Of a DNA stretch of 64,000 nucleotides, positions 25,010-61,150 are shown piece after piece. The translations under genes and the position numbers were made by a program. Source of the stretch: Chiloscyllium plagiosum (Eukaryota); the NCBI RefSeq assembly GCF_004010195.1, contig NC_057751.1:9807457-9871456 (forward strand). Direction: 5' to 3'. The notes under the pieces were generated by a model. That model did not search any database, was not told the origin of the DNA, and saw nothing but the letters and a program-made list of their open reading frames with translations. How positions within the stretch are numbered: the first letter of the stretch is position 1; each line of letters begins with the position of its first letter.

Positions 25010-28000
25010 CTTGATCCCAGGTGAGTTGTTGTCAACCTGAAACAACACAGCACATTGATCATCAGGTGCATGTTACCCCAACCATAGTGCCGAGCTCACA
25101 GAATGAATTGCCACAAGATAACTATGTGTATTGAGACAAATCTAAACAGAACTATTCATTCCAAGCTGAGGTTGTCACATCCCCACACTTGACAGAAACC
25201 TGTGTACAGAGTTAAGTTTTGGCTGGGATTCAGGTAGGCATTCCATCAATAATTCTTGAAATGTTTTGTTTTGATCTGCATCAGCATGGTCAGAGTCAGT
25301 CTCTTCTTGTTGTGTAATTTTCATGGTGCTATTTTCCATAAACAATCGATACTGATAGGAGCATCATAGTGGTGAGAAGAACCTGGAGTTAATGCATTAT
25401 GACTCAGGCAAGAGCAGAAACAATTGAGCCAGGCAAACACTGCGATGTTACAGAAATAATTTGGGGCTGAATGTTCTGCTTAGCCCCGGCTTGCTGCATG
25501 CGAAGACAAGTGATTCACGACCTGAGTGAGCCGTGAGCTCGGAGAATCTGGCTGAATTGACTCTTAGTGGCCAACTCTCGGAGCTCTTCAAATTGGCTTT
25601 CATCACTCTTTCAGACAGTGCATTCCACATTATATCAAACTATCAATAGTTTCTCCATTTTTCCCATCATTATTTTGACAATTATATTAAATCCATCTGA
25701 TATGTTCCTGGTGATGATAACTATTTTTATCTATCAAATCTCATTTGTCATTTTTAACACCTCTGTTAACTGTCCCTCTATACGTCCTCATCATGAGTAG
25801 GCTAAATCTAAAACTGACCTTACAATCATCACCATCTCTAAATTTTATCAGACACTTGTATTTTATTTCAGAATTTGCATCATTTAGCAATGTTCCACTT
25901 ACCTTCTCCACAATGTCCTGTGACCCTTGAATTCGCAGACTGCTGTCGTTCTCGTTTGGTCTGCACAGTTTCAGTTCAGACTAATATAAAGAAATGATTT
26001 TATGAGGAGAACATAATAAAGGATCCCAAACAAAATGTAGCCTACAAAACTGTGGTCCCCTGCGTCATGTAGGAGGAAATGAATCAAATATTTTCATTTG
26101 ATTTGCAAAGAACAAGGAGAGTTTAACATTACTGTGATTTGTTTGCTCAAGATAATCGCTGTTCAAACCAATGCAGTTTGTTTTCCTGTATTTGGTTCAT
26201 TAAGGGATGCAGCATCTGGAAGAGGCAATTGTTGAAAACTTCAAATTTATCGTGACAAGTTTATGTTTTGCAGAAGATAACCATTGAAGAAGACAGAGCA
26301 AGGAAAAGCTGCATGTCACATGACAAGGCTACTGAGAATGTTATAATTTTGGTTCATAATAAGAATTCAAACAGAGTCTGTCAAGGTGCAGACAAAGTGT
26401 TCCACGTCACATTTAAAATCAAGCAAAGGTCTGTTCTGGGAAAGCTGACAAAAGACTGGAGACCATAATCGCCTTGCCCTTGGTTATTGCTGGGGATCAT
26501 CTGTTAGTTATTAACTGTGGGGTTGCCCAGTGTCCGATAATCATTATCTTGGCTATCTTTAAAAGCACCATCAACCCCATGTTCTGTTAGATAACTTAAT
26601 GTCACTAAATATTCCCAGTGCAGAGAATTCAAGTTGAAGCGTCTGACGTAATGGCTGCTTCCACCATTTGCTGATTCCACTGTACTGTTTATCTCATTAT
26701 CCAGTCATCTTGATCTTTTTCCAAATTTTTTCAGTCTGTTTTCCACTGAGGCTGAGTTTCCTATAACTTTGGGGCTGCTGTTATCTCTGACCTCCCTCTT
26801 CTCCCTTCCTTTTGCCTTTGATTGACTGCAGCAACATTTTGATGAGGAAAAGCAAAACAAAACTCCAGCATACGTCAGGTAATCCAGCAAGGATAAAGGA
26901 GAAAAGTTGGCAATAAGATGAAAGAGATAGGCTGCCATCTTAAGCCCAAGATCTCACTTTCTCCCGTAAACTCCTGAAGATTTTTACATTTGTAATTCCA
27001 TGGTTCCAGCTTTGGCCTTTTATTCTGATCTTTCTAAAATCTGGTACTCATCCTTCATTTTATGCTGCCAATCTTTAACATACCAAAGAGAGACCTTGCA
27101 AATTGCAGCCTTCATATCATAATATACGAGAACGCAGTACATGTATCACAGCACAATTCCTTTCTTGGCACAAAAAACCCTCCTGTTTGTCAGTTGATAA
27201 TTATCATCCAGTAGGGTTGGGCTGCACATCTGCTGAAGATTCATGCTGGTCCTGGGCTGATGGATGCATGTGTTTTTCAACTGTTTGTGCAGCAATTCTT
27301 AGTGCAGTGGCATCAGGGATCACTTTGGTGGCTGGATCCACTGGGGACTATGTGGACAACATCGGGAACTGCGGATCTCCTCAGCTGAATGATCATTTAG
27401 CATTCAGCTGCACACATGAATCACATTCAAAATGTCTCCTCAAAATATTGGGATATGGTGACTCCCTGTCAAGTAGGCCCTTGAGATTCCTCTCCATGGA
27501 TGTTGCAGATCATTGCTCTGAACCAAATGTCTGTTGTTCAACTCTGTTGGCACACATGCAGAATCTGACTGTGCATGTAGCAGCAATGATGAAGAAAGAC
27601 AACAACATATGGAGGATAATGGTGTGGACGTTTGAAGGCCCAAGGTGCGCAGTGAGCCAGTCCTACAATTTGCGCAGACAATATGACCTTGGAAAGTGAT
27701 TGCTAGTTTGGCAATGAGGGTGAATCTTTCAGGCCACAAGACATTTCTTGTGCCTCATTACCATTAGTAGGATAGATTCATTATGTTCAGTGATGTGGTC
27801 AAAAGTGCTTCGGTCAGGACTTTTCGTTGATATCATCAGTCAATGTTCAGCATTTGTGATAATGGATGTCATTCACGCAGACTGTGCAGGTGAATGTTTA
27901 ATGCTATTGTTCTTTGAAGGGCCATACATTGCACAAAAATGGATTCCCCTTCCTTAGCGAATGAAACACTTACTGCTGTCACTTGGTTTGTGGTGGCACT

Positions 28001-28061
28001 CATTTTCATTTACCTGTCATTTGGATGAGGGTGGAAGGAAGCAGAGGTTGTGCTTCAGGGG

Positions 28062-28690
28062 AGTCAAAGGGTGGTCACACAACACCAGATTATAGTCCAA
28101 TAGCTTTATTTGGAAGCACTAACTTTTGAGGTGCTGCCTCTTCATCAGGTCACAGAGTCATACAGCATGGAAACAGACCCTTCAGTCCAATGTGTTCATG
28201 CCGCCCAGATGTTCTAACCTCATCTTGTCCCATTTGCCAGCACTTGGCCCATATCCCTCTAATCCCTTCCTATTCCAGATGCCTTTTAAATGCTGTAATT
28301 GTATCAGCCTTCACCGCTTCCTGTGGCAGCTCATTCCACGCACACAAAAAGTTGCTCCTTCGGTCCCTTTCATGTCTTTCCCCTCTCATCCTGAACCTGT
28401 GCCCTCTAGTCCTGGACTCCCCCACCCCAGGGAAAAGAACTTGGCTCATTTACCCTATCCATGCCCCTCATTATTTCATAAGGTCATTCTGTACCTTCAT
28501 CAGGTGGTTGACCTTGCTATTTGAGCTATAGGGAGAGGCTGAATAGGCTGGGGCTGTTTTCCCTGGAGAGTCGGAGGATGAGGTCAAATAGCGAGGTCAA
28601 CCACCTGATGAAGAGGCAACACCTCAAAAGCTAGTGCTTCCGAATACTCCTGTTGGACTATAACCTGTTGGTGTGTGATTTCTAATTGTG
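28062..28690. mobile_element. Palindromic PLE-terminus element with CR1 fragments in its centre
   Basis: Arms of the same family as 12048-12261; CR1 3' end at 28151-28480 and a CR1 piece at 28525-28583. Confidence 0.7.
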
Positions 28691-29319
28691 TCAAACATAG
28701 TCATGCACAACCCTCCCATCAATGCCAAGGTGGTCATGAGTGTTTTAGGACCGCAGTGTTAATCAGGCCCGGGAGCTTTATTGTGAAGGTTGTTTGGGAA
28801 GTGTATTGTCTGGTCTGGGAATAGCTTGGCCATGTCTGGTTTCTTAGTTAGCCTGTTTGGCCAAGGCTGGGGCACTGTGAGTGTGTTCTATTTGTCTTTT
28901 GATTTCTGTGTTTTGCAGGCCATGTGTTTTTTATGAGGCCATGCTGTGGGTGGGCAGGGTGGCAGATCTTTTTCCCACAATGTCATTGAAACATAACCTG
29001 AAACTTTGGTAACTGATTCAATAGATGAAGGTCTGAGGATCAAGCAGTGACCTGGATCCACCAGGCACTTGCTCTAACTTTAGGTCAGGCATTTTCACTG
29101 TCAAGTTTCTTTTGAGCACATGAGGCAAAAAGATACTCATATCAGTGAGGCAAGATTAGGTAGTAACTGCATGTAAAATTGACCAAATAGGCCTCTCACC
29201 CCTCATTAGTGGGGTTCATGTCTCTCCATTCAACACCTTGTTGCAGAATCTGACATTGAGAATCTCATTTCTTCTGATTTAGCCATATTTTGGCCTTCAG
29301 TTCAAAGGAGATAGAGCTT

Positions 29320-29905
29320 GAAAATAGGAAATAAAAATGAAAGGTTTTATGAAAGTAGGAAGATCGTGCTTAAACAACGCAAGGCACTAGTTTGGCCACA
29401 CATAGTACACTGCAGACAGTTTTGGTCCCCTTATCTAAAGAATGATGTACTGACATTGGAGGAAGTCCAGAGGATTCGGCTGATTTTGAGTGTAGAGGGA
29501 TTTTTTAATGAGGAGATGTTGAGCCATTTGGGTCTATACTCATTGGAGTTCAGAAGAATGAGAGGCAACCTGATAGAAATACATAAGATTCTTAGCATAC
29601 TTGACACAGAGAGGTTGTTTTTTCTTGTGCGAGAGTTTGGATCAGACAGCATAACCTCAGAATAAGGAGTGCACACTTAAGACACAAATGAGGAAGAATT
29701 TCTTAATACAGAGGGCTGTGGAGGTTCTGTTGTTAAGTGTATTCAAAGGTGTGACAGACAGATTTTTGATCAGTAAGGGTATCAAGGGCTATGGGTTAAG
29801 CAGCAAAATGTTGTTAAGGATTATAAGATCAGCATGATCTGATTGAATGACAGAACAGACTTAATGGGCCAAATGGTCAATTTCTGTTCCAACATCTTAT
29901 GGTTT
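29320..29905 (+). mobile_element. CR1-like LINE 3' fragment
   Basis: ALVWPHIVHCRQFWSPYL..LGLYSLEFRRMRGNLIE. Confidence 0.8.
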
Positions 29906-30329
29906 TATGGCCCTATTACGTTTTCAGGTACTCTGTTGAAATAATCTCAGGCAGTGATTTAGAATCTAAAATGGGATATATTCTTCCTGTGTTCTGACTG
30001 GGCAGGGAGTGCACAGTGACTGTTTTGGTTTTCTGGTTCTTCTTTTCTGATTCTGTTTCTTTCTCTCCCTTCCATATCTCTTGATTGTTTTTGTTCTTGT
30101 TTCTAAATTTCTCCACCCCGTGGAACTGATCAGGTGTCTGTTTTATCCTGGCTCTTAGAAAATTAACTCCAGATCTCCTGAATCATTTTCTGTCTCGTGG
30201 GGATCATGCCTTTTTTGACCAACCAGGGATCAGGTATATGGCTGTTGCTGATCTCATGTATTTATGTTCTTCTCTTTGCATCTTCTTCTGTATCTGAATG
30301 CTTCTACATTTCAAACTTTTGTATCTTGT

Positions 30330-30348
30330 AGAGAGAGAGAGAGAGAGA
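30330..30348. repeat. (AG)n microsatellite
   Basis: agagagagagagagagaga. Confidence 0.9.
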
Positions 30349-30449
30349 CATCTGAATTCCTTTGTTACCTAAGTAGTTTCTTATAGATAGTCTTCAAGGA
30401 CTCAATGTTTTGCTGCAGTGAGCCACAAAGCTTGACATAAGCTTGAGCT

Positions 30450-30923
30450 ATAGGGTGGTTGGGTTGGTTGGTCCGGGTGTCCCAGAGGTGTTCTCTGAAA
30501 CGTTCCGCAAGTAGGCGGCCTGTCTCCCCAATGTAGAGGAGGCCACATCGGGTGCCCCACCACAGGGATATATTTCCCTCCCCTCCCCTATCAGTGTTCC
30601 GAAAAGACCACTCCCTCCATGACTCCCTCGTCAGGTCCACACCCCCCACCAACCCAACCTCCATTCCCGACACCTTCCACTCCGGCCTGTCACCCTCACC
30701 TTGACCTCCTTCCACCTATCGCATTTCCAATGCCCCTCCCCCAAGTCCCTCCTCCCTACCTTTTACCTTAGTCTGCTGGACACACTTTCCTCATTTCTGA
30801 AGAAGGGCTCATGCCCGAAACGTCGATTCTCCTGCTCCTTGGATGCTGCCTGACCTGCTGCGCTTTTCCAGCAACACATTTTCAGCTCTGATCTTCAGCA
30901 TCTGCAGTCCTCACTTTCTCCTC
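30450..30923 (+). mobile_element. Penelope-like fragment with 5' inversion and hammerhead motif
   Basis: Inverted CGLLYIGETGR..EH segment at 30450-30555; CTGAAGA-AGGGC..GCCC-GAAACGTC at 30797-30824. Confidence 0.8.
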
Positions 30924-33270
30924 CCATTTTGATACTTTGCCATACTTGTAAGTTTCTCATTTTAATATACAACCAAGAGAAATTCCTGTTACAGTTCGAT
31001 GTTAGTTTCTCATAACAAAATAATAAATATTCTGGCTAGTAATCTAATAATTATTGCTGTAATCATTCTATGTTCTGAAGGCTGTTGCTTGAGAATTAAA
31101 CTCTTCAGCCATTCACAGTATTGCATCTTAGAAGGTACCTCAAGCCCTCTGCTTCCATGAGTGTCATGTGAGATCAATAACTGTCACATTGCAATCTGTA
31201 CATGGATTAAAATAAGAGCAAACTGGAAGAATAAGTCTGAGATCTGATTGTAGAGGTAAAAATGTTTGCAAATTTGATTACTGAGTGCTATTTTGGAAGA
31301 GCTGTGCCATACTAAAAGGACACAAGTCTGTGATGCACATAGTTTGAGTTTGCAGTAATGTCAGTCTACGTAGCTGCACATATTGCTGCCATCCTGTGGT
31401 TAAGTTCACAACTTTCATTAGTTTTACATTGTAAAGGACAATCATCTGACTATTCTTAATTTGTTCCTTGATATATTTTGTGCAGAAGCCATTGTTGCTA
31501 TTGAAATAGACCATTAGAATATCAGATGTAGGCTGAGCAGCTAATTTTGCTGTCAATGGTCATGCCATCAATGTGCACAGAAATTTTTTTTCTACCCCTC
31601 TTTGAAAGAATTGTTACTGAGAGAATTGGATTACAGACAGCGTGATTTAAGAGGAAAAACAAAATCACAAGACTTTGCTTGCCTAAACTAAAGGTTTAGT
31701 GCAGATGAAGGCTAACACAGAAAGTTAGAATTTCTCATATAATGGATCCCATTGCGAGGATCAGAGGATTATATGTTTGAACTGATATTTTTTCAGTAGG
31801 GGCTCAACATTTTGTGAAGGTGAAATAGAACAGCATCTATACAGTAAGTTATGATATATTTTGGATATCCCAAATGCCTTATAATAATGGATTACCATGT
31901 TAATTGTAGTTACTTTTGATGCACAACAAGCAACCACATAGAGTTGGTAAATAAGGGTCAGAATGTGACAGAAAACCACCTATAATAATGTCCAATTATA
32001 TAGAAATGCCATTTCCATTTTTCCACTTTGTTTCTTTCACCAGAAGCTTTGGAAGGTGTTCAAGTGTATTGATCATGGTCAGATTTTATGGAGGCAAGAC
32101 AGTGGTGAGGTTGAGGTGTCTAACCATCAAAAACAAAAATGCCAGGATGTTGATTGTCTATTGACATGTAATGGTTATGTCTCAAGAAACCATCATTTTA
32201 AATGTAGCCTTTGGTTGGCCAGGTTGCATTGACTTCTAGAGTCAAGGAGTCATACAGCATGGAAACAAACCTTTCAGTCTAATTCATTGATGCTGACCAG
32301 TTTTCTCCAACTCAACGAGTCGCATTTACCAGTGCTTGGCCCATATCCCACTCATCCTTTCCTGTTCATGAACGTATCCAAATGTCTTTTCAATGTTGTA
32401 ACTCTATGTACATCTAACATGTCCTCTTGCAGTTCATTCCACATGCAAAACACCCTCTCAAAGCTGGCAACAAAAGAGAAGTGACAATTGTATGATCCAG
32501 AAAGTAGATTACCTTAATTGCTGGATCTAACTTAGTCAGAAACATCTTGAACTTTCCATTTTTCTCTCTGATCACATATCCTTGCAATCAGCCAGACTCC
32601 AATCTCCTCTGTGGCCTGCAATTTTTTCCCGCTTTCCCTGAACACTAGCCTCTGATTTTACTACTAGTCCATAATGTTCTCCACCCTGTCCTCTCAATCT
32701 CACCATGGCCTCTGATTTGTTTTGGGCTATTAATTTTTCCCCAAATTGCACCTTTCTGATATCACTGTACCTCCTCTGCATTCCTCAACTTCTGGCTGGT
32801 GCTGAAGGCCTGTCCTTCTGACAATCAATCAGCCTGTTGAGCTGGCTAGCTGCAGCTTGGAAATGGACAAAAATAAATTGTAATCAGGTTCTGCTGTGAG
32901 ACAGAAAGAATTCTGAGTCAATGGAGTGGCCAGCTTTTTGGATGACTGCTGCTTAATTTTGAAAACATTGGTGTTTCTCTGAATTTCTACTAAGTTTGAA
33001 AACATGTGTTGTGTTTAAGGGAACTTTGGACAAGAAATAGGCCATTTAGCCCTGACAGCCTTAGTTACCATCAATGAAAATTTGGCTGATCTGAAACTGA
33101 ATTCTACATAGTGTTTAACAGAAACTGATCAGCACAAATTTAAAATTTACAATTGACTCAGTATCAATTATCATGTGTGGATGTAACTTCCAAACTTCTG
33201 TCAATTTCTGAGATTTAACTGCTTCCTCACTGTTGTCCTGAAAGACCTTCTTCCAATTTTTAGTCAGAGT

Positions 33271-33555
33271 GGGTGGCATGATGTCTCAGTGGTTAACACT
33301 GCTGCCTCACAACGCCAGGGACCTGAGTTCGATTCCAGCCTTGGGTGACTGTCTGTGTGGGTTTCTTCCAGGTGCTCCAGTTTCCTCCCACAGTCCAAAA
33401 GGTATGCAGGTCAGGTGAAACGGCCATGCTAAATTTCCCATAGTGTTAGGTGCATTAGTCAGAGGGAAATGGATCTGAGTGAGTTACTCTTTGTAGGGTC
33501 GGTTTGGACTTGTTGGGCCAAATGGCCTGTTTCCGCACTGTAGGGAATCTAATCT
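33271..33555 (+). mobile_element. HE1-like V-SINE; a second 3' fragment at 33636-33724
   Basis: tRNA head and (aatct)n tails. Confidence 0.85.
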
Positions 33556-34336
33556 CCAAGTCTTAGACCACACGTGAAAGCATTTTCTGCCTGCTACAGA
33601 GTGACACAAGAATCAGTGGGTCTGATTACTCATTGTAGGGTTGCGCTTCGGCGGGTCGGTGTGGACTTGTTGGGCCGGAGGGCCTGTTTCCACGGTGTAA
33701 ATAATCTAATCTAATCTAATCTAAACTATAAGAAGGAGATAAACGTATGATAAATAAGCTTACTTTCAAAACAAGTACTCAAGTGATTGGCTGAATTACA
33801 GCCTCTTCACATAATGCCTTGCAAGTTTGTATGCTTCACATTTACAACCTTGATCTAATGCTCAGTTGCAAGAAAATGTTGAGTTTTACAGTAAGGAAGG
33901 CATAAAAAAGCACGATCTTGTATTGAACAAACGACTGCGTGTGTTGGAAATCTGAAATGAAAATAGAAATTGCTGGAGAAACTCAGCAGGTCTGGAGGGA
34001 TCTATGGGGAGGATAGGAAAGCAGGGTTTAATGGTTTCAAATCCGAAGTGATGAAGTTTTTTGGGGGGGTGCTTCCGACATTGTCCCCTTTCATTTGAAA
34101 TCTTTGCCCAGCTCATATGCCTGTTGAAGACAAGGGGCAGTCCTTCAGTGCCAAATCAAAACAGCGGGATCATTTCCAGCACCAAGGACAGCAACAGGCG
34201 CATGCGCACGGCTGCAGCAGCTGGGGACCGCACTGTGCGCGTGCGCACTCGGTGTGTTGCCGGCCGTGGGCCGGAGATGCGTGAGGGAGCGTGCGCAGTG
34301 GCTTCCTCCCCCGTCGCCTCGGCCGTGAGAGACAAG

Positions 34337-58098
<23,762 letters not shown>

Positions 58099-59540
58099 CT
58101 TTCAGTGCAGCATTCATGTATTCTTTATTTTGTCACGTGACCTATTCATTTCCTGTGGTGTTTTAACTCTTGAAAATTCTGGTATTTGAACAAAGCAAGC
58201 ATTTGTGATTTTGCTTGTGATTATTTTGAGATCTTTCATCCTGAGTTGGATTTGGAGCATCTGTTTTATCAGATCTGCTGGTAATGCTGGCCTCTGAGCA
58301 AGATTGTCTTGGTCACAACCGTGGGTTTGTGAATATTTCAGAGAGGCTCACGAATGAATGGTTGATTTGTTGCCATTGTGTTTTCAAGTATGGTAAAGGT
58401 GCTGAGCTGGTTGTCTACCTGTCATCGGCAACTCATGACTATTAATTGATAATTCATATGTGTCTTCCACTTAGTAATGTGTTGATTAAAGATCCCAGTT
58501 GATGATAATATTCAGTAAACAACAGAAGCAATTAAAACATGTTATTTTGCAACATCACATTCTCACATGAAAAGTTTGATTTCTTTGCAATGGTGCAAAG
58601 ACTTGCTGTCATGTAAGTGTATCTTATAGCACAGAAGAAGCAGCTGCTGAATTCGTACAGGAGGTCTTTTGGAAATTGATCTATTTTTCTGAATTTGAAT
58701 CGAACAAGATTTGTGGAATGCTTCATCTGCTGCACTTCTTAAACACAACTGATAGTTGCTGTAGTGTACCTGCTACAATTATTGTGGAGTGTTAGCATTG
58801 GCAGTTAGTATTTTTGTATTTTGCCCGAAGTCTGACTCCAGAAGTCACTTGTCAGCACTTAGAATTTGCATTTTTGTGCAATCCCTTTAAACTTCTGGTG
58901 GTTTACACATTTGATTATCTCTGTTGAAGAACATGTATTTGTAACATATTCGGCAACTTCAGGCGATCTGGCAATTTTATTCCATCTTTTCTTTGTCTGG
59001 ATCTGATCCAACGTTCTCCTGTGTTTGGACTTGGATGGAGATCGATCAAGGTACTTGGGGTACAATGTGGTCTTTACCAATATATGTAACTGTATGTGTT
59101 GGTAAATAGCTTGGAAAATACAGGCTTTTTGTATTGCATTCTGCATGAAACTGGAAGCACTTTTTTTATTTGAGTGTGCAATGTTAGGAAAGTAGCCTTT
59201 CCATGCTGTCTTGGTCAATGACTTCTCTCTTCAATTGAGTTTTCTCTTTCGATCATACTGCTCATACTTGTGGACTTGCTCTCCTTTGAGTTATAGCCCT
59301 TGTGAGTACATCAGAGGTTAATTCTGGTTGTGTCTAACTCTGTCTTAAGCAAATGTTTTGCTTGTATTTATTCTGCATTGATTTTGATGAGATGTACACA
59401 TTGTTTAGTTGTTCAGTGTTATTTGTAAGTTTACTTTTGGTAATTTGTGTTATATTCTATGCATTCCATAAATTCGGACATGTGTATGAAGATCATTTGG
59501 TTTGAAATTCAAAGTACTAAAACAACTTAAATGTCAGCCA

Positions 59541-59560
59541 TAAATAAATAAATAAATAAA
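59541..59560 (+). terminator. Probable ATP6V1B2 polyadenylation signal: (TAAA)5 giving overlapping AATAAA
   Basis: About 1.45 kb of repeat-free, U-rich 3'UTR-like sequence ends here; GT/T-rich sequence follows; a second AATAAA at 59691. Confidence 0.6.
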
Positions 59561-59769
59561 TGTTAATAGAACAATAACCAGTGTTAACTTGGTGAATTTT
59601 TTTGGCACCCGCATTTTTGAGGTTTTGAAAGCACAAGTCATTTAATGCAAAGCAGCCTTTAATGTTTGAGAAAATCAGCATATTTTACTGAATAAACAGT
59701 GTCTGAACAGGTGAGATTTCTGAAAGTAATGATTACTTTGAGTGACTGTTTCAAGGTTTAGAATCCCTC

Positions 59770-60200
59770 TATGATACCCTAGTCCACTCTTCCTTCACTG
59801 CTTACACTTTCTCTCCAACCCCACCCATGGCATCTAACTGTGCACTCACAGAAGTTGTAAAACTTCCCATTCTCCACTGTCATCGTCACTGTCCTTCGGC
59901 TTTAAAAACACTTTGCAAATTAAGCAGTGGTTTACTTGTACTTCATTCAATCTCATTTATTATATGCATTCTCCTTTACATTGGCAATGCCAAACGCAGA
60001 TGAGGTGAGCTTTGCAGGCCACCTCTGCTCTCTCCAGAGGACTGACTTCCAGCCATTTCACTAACTAGTTTGTAGCAGGCTCAGAACAATGTTCCAATGA
60101 AGCACAACACATACTTGAGGAGCAACAACTCATTTTCAACTTAAGCACTTGACAGACTCTTAGACTGTGTATTGAAATTCACAATTTCAGAGCTTGAACT
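59770..60200 (+). mobile_element. Degraded Penelope-like 3' fragment
   Basis: Diverged similarity to the GIY-YIG region at 4920-5240. Confidence 0.5.
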
Positions 60201-60207
60201 CGTGACA

Positions 60208-60526
60208 TTAGATTAGATTACATTACATTACAGCATGGAAACAGGCCCTCCGGCCCAACAAGTCCACACCGCCCCGCCGAAGCGCAACCCACCCATGCCC
60301 CTACATTTACCCCTTACCTAACACTACGGGCAATTTAACATGGCCAATTCACCTGACCTGCACATCTTTTGGACTGTGGGAGGAAACCAGAGCATCCGGA
60401 GGAAACCCACGCAGACACGGGGAGAACGTGCAAACTCCACACAGTCAGTCGCCTGAGGCGGGAATTGAACCCGGGTCTCAGGCGCTGTGAGGCAGCAGTG
60501 CTAACCACTGTGCCACCATGCCGCCC
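60208..60526 (-). mobile_element. Young full-length HE1-like V-SINE
   Basis: Near-identical to 44246-44570. Confidence 0.9.
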
Positions 60527-61018
60527 ATAAACATCTTCCAGTTTTCTTACATTCTTCTCCCTGTATTGTTGCTGTGTCTCGTTGACTTGGCTGTGAGCTG
60601 GAAGAACTAATTTCACCCTTGCGTATACTCTTTTTACATATACATTGCTCTTTCACCCCAATTAGCAAACCCTTTGCGTTTTGCAGTAAACCTTCACACC
60701 ATCTGTTCCCTTTGCTTCTCCTCCACTTCTGTTAGTGTATTAAAACACCATTTTGCAACCCTTTTCAGTTCTTAAGAAGGCATATCAGACTCTTGAACAC
60801 TAATTCTTGCTTTTGTTTCATAAATGAAGTGGATACAGATGCTGCTAGACCTGTTGAGTTTCTCTTGCATTTTCTGTTTTATATTCAACATTTGCCTCCT
60901 AAAGCCAAAGCAGATTATTTTTTCTTTCCTGGAAATAGAGATTTTTCCTTACCCTGTATTGCACGTATCATTTTAGGGATCTGTTCATTTACAAGTCGAC
61001 CAATTTTATTTTTGTCAA

Positions 61019-61150
61019 GAGTGTGGTACTAGAAAAGCACAGCAGGTCAGGCAGCCTCTGAGGAGCAGGAAAATCAACGTTTCGGGCAAAAGCTCTTCAT
61101 CATGCTCTCAACTCTAATCTCCAGCACCTGAAGTCCTCACTTTTGCCTAG
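61019..61150. mobile_element. Short PLE-terminus insertion with degraded TSD
   Basis: Truncated hammerhead motif on the minus strand at 61073-61102; ccaattttattttt / ccaactttattttt flanks. Confidence 0.65.

Noticed and set aside
27103-27699. 198-aa ORF between the two genes
   Set aside because: Non-ATG start, no recognisable domain or splice structure; probably a decayed repeat or chance ORF.
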